53,091 bases of DNA from positions 1 to 53,091 of the forward strand of contig CALRCK010000005.1 in assembly GCA_943354605.1 (NCBI GenBank). Reading direction: 5' to 3'. The position numbers and the translations under genes are program-made. The stretch comes from Candidatus Uhrbacteria bacterium. GTDB lineage: Bacteria; Patescibacteriota; Patescibacteriia; UBA9934. Each line of letters opens with the position of its first letter. Position 1 is the stretch's first letter. Below the pieces are notes generated by a model. It saw nothing but the letters and a program-made list of their open reading frames with translations, was not told the DNA's origin and ran no database searches. Shown here in pieces: positions 17,427-26,183 of this stretch.

Positions 17427-17723
17427 TCAGTTTGTTGGTGGTGGCAGCTCGAACATCATCGTGTACCCACTGCGAGAGCGCTCGGCGACTTTCATGTAGT
17501 TCCCGATGCCGCTCTTGATGATCTGGAGGTCGCAGTAGCGATGGCTACTGGTGGATCGGCGATTGCTCGAGATGACACGGTGGCCCTTGATGATACGGTC
17601 GCAGTGTTGGTTGTAGGCGATGGCGTGCTGCGCGGCCTGGTTGAAGGCTTCGAGCTCGTCGTCGGTGAACGGACAGTGATTGGCGGTGCCCAAAATCGGG
17701 AGCCAGGTGATTGCTTTTCCCAC
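17427..17723 (-). CDS. Small hypothetical protein (GC-rich islet)
   Basis: A 98-aa ORF from GTG 17723, preceded by GGAGGG. The plus-strand ORF over the same DNA is only an artefactual N-extension of smc. Confidence 0.35.
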   Translation of the reverse strand: MGKAITWLPILGTANHCPFTDDELEAFNQAAQHAIAYNQHCDRIIKGHRVISSNRRSTSSHRYCDLQIIKSGIGNYMKVAERSRSGYTMMFELPPPTN

Positions 17724-17819
17724 AAAACCCTCCGGTTTGGAGGGAAGAATATAGCAGAGATTGGCGATTTCGACCAGACTTCGACCGTAAAACCCCCTTC
17801 TGCTACACTTTCTCCAACT

Positions 17820-20126
17820 ATGTACCTGTCTGCGATGGAAATTCAGGGGTTTAAGACGTTTGCCCAAAAAACGCAGCTGGTGTTCCCGGCGCCAAAAAAA
17901 GGGGATCACGCCGTCACGGTGGTGGTGGGGCCAAACGGAAGCGGAAAGAGCAATATCGCCGACGCGATTCGGTGGTGTTTAGGCGAGCAGTCCATGAAGC
18001 TGCTTCGCGGGAAGGCAGCACAAGACGTGATCTTTTCAGGCTCTGATGGCCGTTCGCGATCAGGATTCGCCGAAGTGAGTCTCACGTTTGATAACGCCGA
18101 CAAGTCGTTGAATGTTTCGTTTGCCGAAGTCGTGATCAGTCGTCGGCTTTACCGTGATGGGGAATCGGAATATCTGCTGAATGGACAGACGGTGCGCCTT
18201 TCCGATATCCAATTACTTCTTGCCGAGGCCGGTGTTGGCCAGCGATCGTACTCGGTCATCGGCCAGGGCATGATCGACCACGTGCTGTCGGCAACGCCGG
18301 AAGAGCGAAAGATATTCTTTGACGACGCAACGGGCGTTCGTGGGTTGCAGATCAAGCGCCATCAAGCGTTACTCAAGTTGCAGAAGTCGGCGGAAAATCT
18401 TGCCGACGTGGAAATGGTGTTGCGCGAACTTGAGCCTCGTCTTTCTTTGCTTCGAAGACAGGTAAAACGTCTGAACGATCGCGAGGTGGTTGCGAGCGAG
18501 CTCAAGACGCTTTCCGCGGTGTACTACGGAACGATGTGGTGGAATGCGATTGACGAGCGATCGGCAGTTGAGGCCCAGCAAAAGGGAGCAGCCGAGCTCG
18601 TTGCCGCGAAGAAATCCGATCTTGCAGCTCGGGATGCAGAGCTTATTGCTCTTGAGAAGGCGCAGGTCCCTTCCTCGTCATCGGATGCGGACTCGATGCA
18701 GACGCTTCAGGCTGAGTACAAAAAAGCACAGCAAGATTTGGCTGATGCTCGTCGTGCACACTTTACGTTGGAACGGGAATTCGAACTCGCGAAGGTAAAG
18801 TCGCAGTCCACGTGGGCGCCGTTGCCGTTGCCGGATATTATCGCGGAGGTGAAAGATGTTTCTGTTGCGCACGAATCACTGCTCGGCAGGCTGAAGGCTG
18901 TGATGAATCTTGCCGATCTTGCCTCCATTATCGCGGATCTTGATGGCATCGCGGCGCGGTCGAAGAAGCTGCGGGATCGGTTAACGCGACCGAATCCTGA
19001 GGATTTTACACCAAGTCCGGAATCGATTGCGGCGATTGCGAATGCGCTCACGGCGGTGAAAACGGCGGAAGACGTGGTGAAGCGATCCGAAGTTGCGATG
19101 GATGCGAAGGCGAAGGCGTCGGTTGCGGCAACGTCGGAAGTCTTTGCGGTACAAAAAGACGTTCGCCGATTGCAGCAGGAATTGTCGGGACTCGAAGGCC
19201 GGGCAAATGCGGTCGCGATCGATCTTGCTCGCGTTGAAACACGACTTGAAGGATTGAAGAAGGAGATTGAAGATGCGACATCGGAGCAGGCGGAATCGAT
19301 GATAAAGACTGCCCCCGCTGAGCGTATTATCGACATCGGCCCAACGCATGATCGAGTCTTGCGCCTGCGGCATCAGCTCGAGCTTATTGGCGGTATCGAC
19401 GAATCGGTGATGAAAGAATTTGCGGAGGCTGATGAACGATCAACGTTCCTCACTACGCAGGTTTCCGATCTCCGATCCGCAATCTCGTCTACAGAAAAGG
19501 TTATCGACGAACTTGACGAGCAGATTCGTGCGCAGTCCGATGTTGCGTTTAAGAATATTGCGACAGAGTTCCAGAAATACTTTGCGATTCTCTTTGGAGG
19601 AGGTCGGTGTTCGCTCGTGAAGCTGACGAAGGAAGAGCTTGAGGATACAGCCCCCTCCGACTCCCCCATGAATGGGGGAGGGCCGGACGAGCTTGTGCAT
19701 CACGACAACGTCGACACGCTCGAATCCATCGCGAAACGTGTTCAAGAACGTAAAGATTCTGTTGTGGGCATTGATATTCAGGCAACGCCGCCGGGAAAGC
19801 GATTGAAGGCGTTGAATTTGCTGAGTGGTGGTGAGCGCGCGCTGACATCGATTGCCCTTGTTTCCGCAATTATGGCGACGAATCCTGCGCCGTTTGTTGT
19901 TCTTGACGAGGTTGACGCCGCGCTTGATGAAGCGAATACGGTGCGATTTGCGAACATCATTAACGAATTGCGAAAGCTGACGCAATTTATCGTGATTACC
20001 CACAATCGTGCTACGATGGAAAAAGCAGACGTCCTCTACGGCGTCACGATGGGTGACGATGGCGTCAGTAAGTTGTTGAGTGTGAAGTTGGAGGATTATG
20101 TGGGGGATGAAACGGCGCGACGATAA
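17820..20126 (+). CDS. smc: SMC-family chromosome partition ATPase, unusually short (768 aa)
   Basis: N-terminal Walker A (VVVGPNGSGKSNIADAIRWCLGEQS), C-terminal signature LSGGERALTSIALV and Walker B FVVLDEVDAALD. The long coiled-coil middle has no obvious hinge. Confidence 0.8.
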   Translation: MYLSAMEIQGFKTFAQKTQLVFPAPKKGDHAVTVVVGPNGSGKSNIADAIRWCLGEQSMKLLRGKAAQDVIFSGSDGRSRSGFAEVSLTFDNADKSLNVSFAEVVISRRLYRDGESEYLLNGQTVRLSDIQLLLAEAGVGQRSYSVIGQGMIDHVLSATPEERKIFFDDATGVRGLQIKRHQALLKLQKSAENLADVEMVLRELEPRLSLLRRQVKRLNDREVVASELKTLSAVYYGTMWWNAIDERSAVEAQQKGAAELVAAKKSDLAARDAELIALEKAQVPSSSSDADSMQTLQAEYKKAQQDLADARRAHFTLEREFELAKVKSQSTWAPLPLPDIIAEVKDVSVAHESLLGRLKAVMNLADLASIIADLDGIAARSKKLRDRLTRPNPEDFTPSPESIAAIANALTAVKTAEDVVKRSEVAMDAKAKASVAATSEVFAVQKDVRRLQQELSGLEGRANAVAIDLARVETRLEGLKKEIEDATSEQAESMIKTAPAERIIDIGPTHDRVLRLRHQLELIGGIDESVMKEFAEADERSTFLTTQVSDLRSAISSTEKVIDELDEQIRAQSDVAFKNIATEFQKYFAILFGGGRCSLVKLTKEELEDTAPSDSPMNGGGPDELVHHDNVDTLESIAKRVQERKDSVVGIDIQATPPGKRLKALNLLSGGERALTSIALVSAIMATNPAPFVVLDEVDAALDEANTVRFANIINELRKLTQFIVITHNRATMEKADVLYGVTMGDDGVSKLLSVKLEDYVGDETARR
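19649..19682 (-). repeat. Family-A G/C-hairpin mini-element (inverted orientation), in frame inside smc
   Basis: The reverse complement reads ccctccccc-attca-tgggggag-tcggagggggct. On the coding strand it encodes APSDSPMNGGGP. Confidence 0.65.
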
Positions 20127-20134
20127 ATATTTCT

Positions 20135-21199
20135 ATGGAACACACGTCATCAAGAAGGGGCCCTGCATTTGTTCGTCGCGGAAAAGGAACGCGCGGCACG
20201 CAACATGGCGACCGAACGCAGGGAGTTCAGAGGATCGATCGCGCTCCTCGGGATTCGCGTTCGGAGACGAGTTTTGATAATGCTCCACGTCCAAGTCGCA
20301 AACCGCCATACATGAAGGACGGCGGGCGGAGCGATCGGTTTAGCCGTGGTGATCGACCAACGCCGTACGGACAGCGCGCCCAAGGAGCGATCAGTCGTGC
20401 CGAAGGTCGGCCGAAGTTTGATCAGCGAAAGGCTGGGCCACGCGCCGCAGCAGCAACGAGCTGGGAGAACGTTGCAGAGTGGTATGGCACGCATCTTTCC
20501 GCGCCAGGAACGTATCAATCCGAAGTGGTGTGGCCGGGTGCGCTGCGGATGCTTGGCGTTGGCCCGGGAAAAACGTTCCTCGACGTTGCGTGCGGCGAAG
20601 GATCGTTCGCAAATCTCATCGTGAAACAGGGCGGGGAAGTCGTTGGTATTGATGCTGCGCCGACGCTTATTCGCCAAGCGCAGAACAAACACATTCGAAA
20701 TTCCGAGTTTTTGGTTGGTGATGCGGCGAATGCGGATCGCAACCTTCGCGATAGGAAGTTCGACGGCGCGGCACTCGTTCTTGCACTGCAAAATATCAAC
20801 GATATGACAGCGGTGTTTGCGAGCGTATCGCGAATGTTGAACAAGAATGCACCGTTCGTCATTGTGTTGAACCACCCAGCATTTCGTATTCCTCGACAAA
20901 GTTCGTGGGGATTCGAGGACGAGCGAAAGATGATGTATCGCCGTGTGGACAGCTACATGAGTGAGAACGCCATTCCGATGCAGATGCATCCAGGCGATGC
21001 ACCAACCATCAACACCACATCGTTCCATCGTCCAATTTCATCGTACGTTACCGCATTATCTGCTGCCGGTTTCGCTGTGGACGCGATGGAAGAATGGATC
21101 TCCCACAAAGAATCGACGTCTGGGCCGCGCGCAAAGGCGGAGAATCGAGTGCGTCGTGAAGTCCCGATGTTCCTGGCGATTCGGGGGAGGAAGATGTAG
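20135..21199 (+). CDS. Class I SAM-dependent methyltransferase with ~110-aa Arg/Gly-rich basic N-terminal extension
   Basis: LDVACGEGSFANLIVKQGGEVVGIDAAP (motif I). The N-terminus is RRGPAFVRRGKGTRG...RSDRFSRGDRPTPYGQR. Confidence 0.7.
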   Translation: MEHTSSRRGPAFVRRGKGTRGTQHGDRTQGVQRIDRAPRDSRSETSFDNAPRPSRKPPYMKDGGRSDRFSRGDRPTPYGQRAQGAISRAEGRPKFDQRKAGPRAAAATSWENVAEWYGTHLSAPGTYQSEVVWPGALRMLGVGPGKTFLDVACGEGSFANLIVKQGGEVVGIDAAPTLIRQAQNKHIRNSEFLVGDAANADRNLRDRKFDGAALVLALQNINDMTAVFASVSRMLNKNAPFVIVLNHPAFRIPRQSSWGFEDERKMMYRRVDSYMSENAIPMQMHPGDAPTINTTSFHRPISSYVTALSAAGFAVDAMEEWISHKESTSGPRAKAENRVRREVPMFLAIRGRKM

Positions 21200-21202
21200 T
21201 AC

Positions 21203-21248
21203 AAATAAAAGAAACTAAGTTAGTGACTAACTTAGTTTCTTTTATTTG
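21203..21248. terminator. Strong bidirectional terminator
   Basis: A stem of about 21 bp, aaataaaagaaactaagttagt / actaacttagtttcttttattt. Confidence 0.7.
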
Positions 21249-21256
21249 GAGATCGA

Positions 21257-21433
21257 TTATCCGCCGAACACTTTTGCATACAGAAGAATTCCACCAACGA
21301 TAATACAGACGAGGCCGGCGAGCATGGTGAAAAGATGTTTTCGCTCAACGCCGGGGGAGTCGTCGAGTTTAATTCCGGTACCGATAAAGAGGCCGAGGCC
21401 GAGAACCAGGAGAATAATGCCGCCGATGATCAT
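21257..21433 (-). CDS. Small membrane protein (58 aa, two predicted TM helices)
   Basis: Hand translation: MIIGGIILLVLGLGLFIGTGIKLDDSPGVERKHLFTMLAGLVCIIVGGILLYAKVFGG. TATAAT lies 9 nt upstream of the ATG. It is too short for the ORF track. Confidence 0.4.
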   Translation of the reverse strand: MIIGGIILLVLGLGLFIGTGIKLDDSPGVERKHLFTMLAGLVCIIVGGILLYAKVFGG

Positions 21434-21478
21434 ATGCAGAGATTATAGCAGAGGTTTTGTTTGGTATCCTCGAAGGGT

Positions 21479-21625
21479 ATGAATGATGAATCTGTCGATA
21501 TTTCGATGACGTGCCCCGTCTGCGGAGCGAAATGCGAAAACGAAAAGTGCAAAGTGATCTGCCGAAGCGAGAAATGTGTGTACCGCGTGGTGATGAATTG
21601 TTCGGAGTTCGAGGGGACTAACTAA
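21479..21625 (+). CDS. Small Cys-rich (zinc-ribbon-like) protein, 48 aa
   Basis: Hand translation: MNDESVDISMTCPVCGAKCENEKCKVICRSEKCVYRVVMNCSEFEGTN, with CPxCG plus further Cys pairs. Confidence 0.3.
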   Translation: MNDESVDISMTCPVCGAKCENEKCKVICRSEKCVYRVVMNCSEFEGTN

Positions 21626-21731
21626 GTTAGTCGCTAACGTAGTTAGCCAATTTGTTTGAAATCGACATGGAAGAAAAGCAGAAGACCGCGCCCGAGAGCA
21701 CGGCTTCCGTTGAAGCTGGTCTCGAACGCGG

Positions 21732-22241
21732 TCAGCGGTTGTCGTGGATGCCTTGGAAGAGGCAGTCCTTCTCGTTGACGACGACGTTGAACTTGCCCGA
21801 CTTGTCTCCGAGGAACTGCCAGGAGTACTGGGCGCCGATGCAGGTTTTCGCGATCCCGACGCTCCATTCCTGTACCTCGGTGAGGAGGAGCTGGAGGGGC
21901 ACGGGGGTGAGCCCGCGAAGCAGCGCTTTGCGGTGATAGGGCTTCGTGATCTTCCCGATCGCATCGTGGGCAGACACGTAGGCATCGTTCCACGAGAAGC
22001 AGTGCTTCCCGAATTCACACGACTGTACGGACTTGTCTTCCAGAGTGAAGCTCGGATTCTGCGGATCCCAGTTCAGGACCAGTGCGTACTGTCCGGTGGG
22101 AGTCGGAGGTCCGAGGGTTCGGTCCAGGAGGGGGAGGATGCGAAGGGCGGGAAGGGGTTGGGCGGTTTTCAATGAAGGCTCCGGGGAAAAGATTTGTGAC
22201 GCGAACATGAAAAGAATGATGAATTTTTGGGCATTTGTCAA
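21732..22241 (-). CDS. Secreted hypothetical protein (GC-rich islet)
   Basis: N-terminal signal-like MTNAQKFIILFMFASQIFS. A 169-aa ORF in a stop-poor GC-rich block. Confidence 0.45.
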   Translation of the reverse strand: MTNAQKFIILFMFASQIFSPEPSLKTAQPLPALRILPLLDRTLGPPTPTGQYALVLNWDPQNPSFTLEDKSVQSCEFGKHCFSWNDAYVSAHDAIGKITKPYHRKALLRGLTPVPLQLLLTEVQEWSVGIAKTCIGAQYSWQFLGDKSGKFNVVVNEKDCLFQGIHDNR

Positions 22242-22355
22242 TAATCCTCGCCCGGTTCTTCCAATGGAAAATTTGCACCCGCGAGAACAGGTTTTCCCGA
22301 CGTTTTTATAGGTGTTACAATACCGACGACGATCGTCCGGATTTTTCTGTAAATT

Positions 22356-22655
22356 ATGATGAAAGATTTTGCACTATTTCTGAAAGAGTACAAAGTGACC
22401 TCTTTGGCCATTGCCTTCGTCATTGGGGAAGCAAGCTCAGGGCTCATGAACTCACTTGTCAATGATTTTTTCATGCCGCTTCTTGCCCCTTTGCTCTCTG
22501 CGGAGTCGTGGCGAGAAGCGTCGTTTCATATCGGTCCTGTCACCGTTGCCTATGACAATCTTCTTGCGGACATCATCAATTTCGTGATCATCACATTTGT
22601 TATTTTTCTCGTTGCTCGAAAGCTTCTTCAGCTTGAGGCCAAAGGGAAAAAGTAA
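22356..22655 (+). CDS. mscL: Large-conductance mechanosensitive channel
   Basis: MMKDFALFLKEYKVTSLAIAFVIGEASSGLMNSLVNDFFMPLL matches the MscL TM1 region. The second TM is INFVIITFVIFLV. Confidence 0.8.
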   Translation: MMKDFALFLKEYKVTSLAIAFVIGEASSGLMNSLVNDFFMPLLAPLLSAESWREASFHIGPVTVAYDNLLADIINFVIITFVIFLVARKLLQLEAKGKK

Positions 22656-22666
22656 TTTTTGCCTCT

Positions 22667-24751
22667 ATGACGCATAGCACAGACGCATCATGGAAAAATC
22701 GCATTCTTGCCATCGCGCTTCTTTTTCTTTTGAATGTTCCTCTTCGTGTGCTTGCGTTAGGGGCTCCGGCAAACACCACCGCGGATACGTTGGTCGATGC
22801 GCCTCCTGCAGCGGACGACACTTCGGCGGATACCACCACTGATACGACGACGGAAACCGATACTAGAACTCCTGCGGATTCCACAGCAGACGGCTCAACC
22901 GATGCCTCTGTGAATGTTGGTGAACCCGAGCCCGAGGCAGAGCCTGAAGTTGAAGTAGCGCCAGATGCTTCCGTTGAGGTGTCCGAACAAGAGCCAGCAG
23001 ATTCCTCCGTGGAAACGGACGCACAAGGGCAGGCTGAAGCGGGAGACACCACGGTTACTGTGAGCGCGTGTTTCAGTGGTTCTTTGGATACCGATGGGGA
23101 TGGTATTTGTGATACCGCCGAAGGTTCAGAAGAAACGCCTCTACCGGATACGGATGGCGATGGTACGTCTGACCTCCGTGATACCGATGACGATGGAGAT
23201 ACCGTGCCAACGAAAAACGAAATCATCCTCGAGGACGATTCCACAACGATTATTGAACCGGATACGGACGCCGATGGAATCGTCGATTATCTTGATGCTG
23301 ATGACGATGGGGATGCGACACCAACAGCCGAAGAAGACGTTGATGCTGACGGGACTGCGCTCGACGATGACGTGGACGGCGACAGTATCCCAAATTATCT
23401 TGAATCGGATATTACGGATACCGACGACGATGGCGCGCTAAATGCTGTTGATGCAGATGATGACGGTGATACCGTTCCGACGGCTGAAGAAGAGGCCGTG
23501 AGCGGTGTTGGCGTCGATACCGACCACGATGGTATCATCAACGTTCTTGATTCGGATGACGATGGCGACGGCATTTCAACCGAGGAAGAATCAATAGGTA
23601 CGGTGGAAGAGAGCCTTGTTGATGCCGACAGTGACGGATCCCCAGACATCGTCGACGCGGACGACGATAATGACGGCATCCCAACATCAGAGGAGGGTGT
23701 GGCTGATACTGACGGCGACACTGTCCCAGATGAACAAGAATCAAATATTGCCGACACGGACGCCGACGGGCTCATGAACAACGAGGACGCTGATGACGAT
23801 GGGGATGGAATCCCCACGGCCCAAGAAGTATCTTCCGGAAGCTCCGGCGGCAGAAGTTCGTATCCTCGCCGTCGAGCGCCTTCGTCGTCAATCCCGCGAT
23901 ACCTTGATCCTGACGACGACGGCGATGGAATTCTTACCAGAGACGAGCAGGGTGATGCTGATGGTGATGGCTACGCGGATCGAGCGGAGTCGAACACTGA
24001 AGATATCGATGACGATGGACGGGTAAACGTAGAGGACGCGGACGACGACGGAGACGGTATTCCCACAAGCCAAGACGCCATTCCGTATGGCGATGTTCCC
24101 CTTGATTGCGCGAGCGTTTCCTACTCTGCATCGATTGTGAATCCCGACGGCTCGGTGCGAACAATGGATTCGCCCTTTGCCAAAGTGGAGTCCATTGGTG
24201 ACGACATACATCGAATTCGCTTTGAAGACTCTGGAAGCGACATGGACCACAACGATGTTGTGTTGAGAGTGAATAGCAGAGGTTGTCGAAGCGTGGTGGC
24301 CACAGTCGTGAGCGTGGATGCTTCGTGGCATCACGCAATCAATCTGACGCTTTCTGCGGACGGGGCTCCCGATGTAACCGTGAATCTTTGGAGAAACGAT
24401 CATGAAAATATCCGTACACCAAAACGCGTTGTGCTTGCAGACGCCTTTGGCGTTCAGGTGGCCGGAACGGCAGGGGCCTGCAGCCCGCTGATTACCCAAC
24501 CGCTTCGTGCGGGAAGCGGGGACGCTTTGGACGTTGGAAATCTGCAACGTTTTTTGAAGAATATTGAGGGTGCAACGATCCGTACTGACGGCGTTTTTGA
24601 TCGCGCAACGGATGGCGCTGTTCGCGCATTCCAAGAGAAGTACGCGCAGACGGTTCTTGAGCCATGGGGGCTCGAAAAAGGTACAGGGTACGTGTACACG
24701 ACAACGATGAAAATGATTAACGACTTGGCGTGCGCAGTACAATTTGAATGA
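22667..24751 (+). CDS. Secreted Asp-rich protein with thrombospondin type-3-like Ca-binding repeats and a C-terminal peptidoglycan-binding domain
   Basis: Signal peptide ILAIALLFLLNVPLRVLA. At least 15 D-x-D-x-D-G-x-x-D motifs (DTDGDGICD, DADDDGDTVP...). C-terminal LQRFLKNIEGATIRTDGVFDRATDGAVRAFQEKY resembles PG_binding_1. Confidence 0.7.
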   Translation: MTHSTDASWKNRILAIALLFLLNVPLRVLALGAPANTTADTLVDAPPAADDTSADTTTDTTTETDTRTPADSTADGSTDASVNVGEPEPEAEPEVEVAPDASVEVSEQEPADSSVETDAQGQAEAGDTTVTVSACFSGSLDTDGDGICDTAEGSEETPLPDTDGDGTSDLRDTDDDGDTVPTKNEIILEDDSTTIIEPDTDADGIVDYLDADDDGDATPTAEEDVDADGTALDDDVDGDSIPNYLESDITDTDDDGALNAVDADDDGDTVPTAEEEAVSGVGVDTDHDGIINVLDSDDDGDGISTEEESIGTVEESLVDADSDGSPDIVDADDDNDGIPTSEEGVADTDGDTVPDEQESNIADTDADGLMNNEDADDDGDGIPTAQEVSSGSSGGRSSYPRRRAPSSSIPRYLDPDDDGDGILTRDEQGDADGDGYADRAESNTEDIDDDGRVNVEDADDDGDGIPTSQDAIPYGDVPLDCASVSYSASIVNPDGSVRTMDSPFAKVESIGDDIHRIRFEDSGSDMDHNDVVLRVNSRGCRSVVATVVSVDASWHHAINLTLSADGAPDVTVNLWRNDHENIRTPKRVVLADAFGVQVAGTAGACSPLITQPLRAGSGDALDVGNLQRFLKNIEGATIRTDGVFDRATDGAVRAFQEKYAQTVLEPWGLEKGTGYVYTTTMKMINDLACAVQFE

Positions 24752-24874
24752 GGTCTTCTCAAATCGAAAAGCCGCACCCGTGAGAGCCGGGATTGGCTCT
24801 TCGAACGGATGCGGCCGGGCGTGTGTACTCAGTCAGGTTTTGCCACCCGCCACCCACTTCTGCCCCTACAGGTC

Positions 24875-24903
24875 TTGACAAAGTGTAGGATTGAACATAG
24901 AAT
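24875..24903 (+). promoter_or_regulatory. Sigma70-type promoter for rpsP
   Basis: TTGACA, 17 nt, then TAGAAT, about 67 nt upstream of the rpsP ATG. Confidence 0.5.
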
Positions 24904-24970
24904 ATGAAAGATTGAAAATTGGCGCATCCATCAATTTTCCATTTTTTATCTTCAATTTTTCTTTGTTTCT

Positions 24971-25288
24971 ATGACCACCATCCGTCTCTCACGAACAGGA
25001 AAGCGCAAGCAGCCGTATTACCGTATCGTCGTTCAGGACGGCACCAAGGATCCGTGGTCTCCAGCAATTGAGGTTATCGGCAACCTTGATCCACGGGCTG
25101 ATCGTAAGGACACCGTCGTGAACAAGGAGCGTGCGGCATACTGGTTGAGCGTTGGCGCGCAGCCATCGGCAACGGTAAAGAACTTGTTCATTGATCTTGG
25201 CCTTTTGAAGGGCAAGAAGGAGAACAAGATCACCATCACGGCCGATCGCGCAAAGAAGATTGCAGCAGCAAAGGAAAAAGCAGCGTAA
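24971..25288 (+). CDS. rpsP: 30S ribosomal protein S16
   Basis: MTTIRLSRTGKRKQPYYRIVV N-terminus. Confidence 0.92.
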   Translation: MTTIRLSRTGKRKQPYYRIVVQDGTKDPWSPAIEVIGNLDPRADRKDTVVNKERAAYWLSVGAQPSATVKNLFIDLGLLKGKKENKITITADRAKKIAAAKEKAA

Positions 25289-25365
25289 AGAGTACACAGG
25301 GCGGCGTTCTCAATGAGCGCCGTCTTTTGTATTATGGGATCATTCGAAAAGTAAATCCTGTTTTT

Positions 25366-25722
25366 ATGGAGTTCGATCAGCAGTTCGTAGAGTTCATTGT
25401 GAAGGCACTCGTGAACAAGCCAGAGGAGGTTCGATCCGACAGGAAGGTGGATGAGCAGGGTGTGTTGATTACCGTTCACACCAGTCCGGAGGACACGGGA
25501 TACGTCATTGGGAAGAGCGGAAAGACTGCAGTGGCCATTCGCACATTGCTTGCAACTATCGGTGCAAAAGCAAATATGCGCGTGTCGTTCCGTATCGACG
25601 CTCCGGCATCAAGCACCCGTCGTGCAGCAATGGGCGACGATTCTGGCGCAGCAGTAGCCGCGTTGGCGGTTGATGACCGAAAAGACGAGGACGCGGATTC
25701 CGTGGATAGTCTCACATTCTAG
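25366..25722 (+). CDS. KH-domain RNA-binding protein (YlqC/UPF0109-like) with an Ala/Asp-rich tail
   Basis: FVEFIVKALVNKPEEV...GYVIGKSGKTAVAIRTLL (GxxG KH motif), in the usual position after rpsP. Confidence 0.75.
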   Translation: MEFDQQFVEFIVKALVNKPEEVRSDRKVDEQGVLITVHTSPEDTGYVIGKSGKTAVAIRTLLATIGAKANMRVSFRIDAPASSTRRAAMGDDSGAAVAALAVDDRKDEDADSVDSLTF

Positions 25723-25733
25723 TTTCATCAAAG

Positions 25734-25773
25734 AACTACCGTGGTACCATAATCGGGCACGGTAGTTTTGTTT
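25734..25773 (+). terminator. Intrinsic terminator after the KH gene
   Basis: aactaccgtg / cacggtagtt stem followed by ttgttt. Confidence 0.55.
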
Positions 25774-25774
25774 A

Positions 25775-25899
25775 TGGAACTTCCTCGTTTGGTCGATTTT
25801 CGACTCAGATCATCGGAAACTTCCTCAACGTACCGTTACGTACGTCTCGGAAGATTTCCTTGATCTTCATCGAAACTCGCCGCAAATGAGAAACTTCCA
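25775..25899 (+). repeat. Rod-like imperfect palindrome (~125 nt) containing the 77-nt core copy 1 (25811-25887)
   Basis: Outer pairing tggaacttcc / gaaacttcca. The core catcggaaacttcctcaacgtacc..gtacgtctcggaag.tttcct...aaact.gccgcaaat is shared with 41748-41824. Confidence 0.55.
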
Positions 25900-25905
25900 A
25901 TTCCT

Positions 25906-26178
25906 ATGACTATAGACGACGCGCGTTCGGTGCTTGCTGGCGATGGGTTTTCCGACATCGATGAATGGCACGACGGGCCCAGCGTGATTTATCCGGCCCA
26001 TGAGCACGATGGCGACACCGCGCATATTGTGGTGGGAGGATCGATTTTCATTACGATCGATGGACAAGAGAAGGAATACCGTTCCGGCGATCGCTTCGAC
26101 ATCCCCGCACACACGGCTCATTCGGTGAGGATGGGGGACGAGGGATGTACGTATATTTTTGGGGAGAAGAATGTTTGA
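25906..26178 (+). CDS. Cupin-domain protein (90 aa)
   Basis: PAHEHDGDTAHIVVGG...GDRFDIPAHTAHSV gives the two cupin His-containing motifs. Confidence 0.7.
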   Translation: MTIDDARSVLAGDGFSDIDEWHDGPSVIYPAHEHDGDTAHIVVGGSIFITIDGQEKEYRSGDRFDIPAHTAHSVRMGDEGCTYIFGEKNV

Positions 26179-26183
26179 TATTT

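Noticed and set aside
17235-17819. 195-codon N-terminal extension of the smc ORF
   Set aside because: SMC homology, including the head N-terminus MEIQGFKTF, begins at ATG 17820. The extension is antisense to the nrnA 5' end and the GC-rich islet, and it reads as low-complexity.
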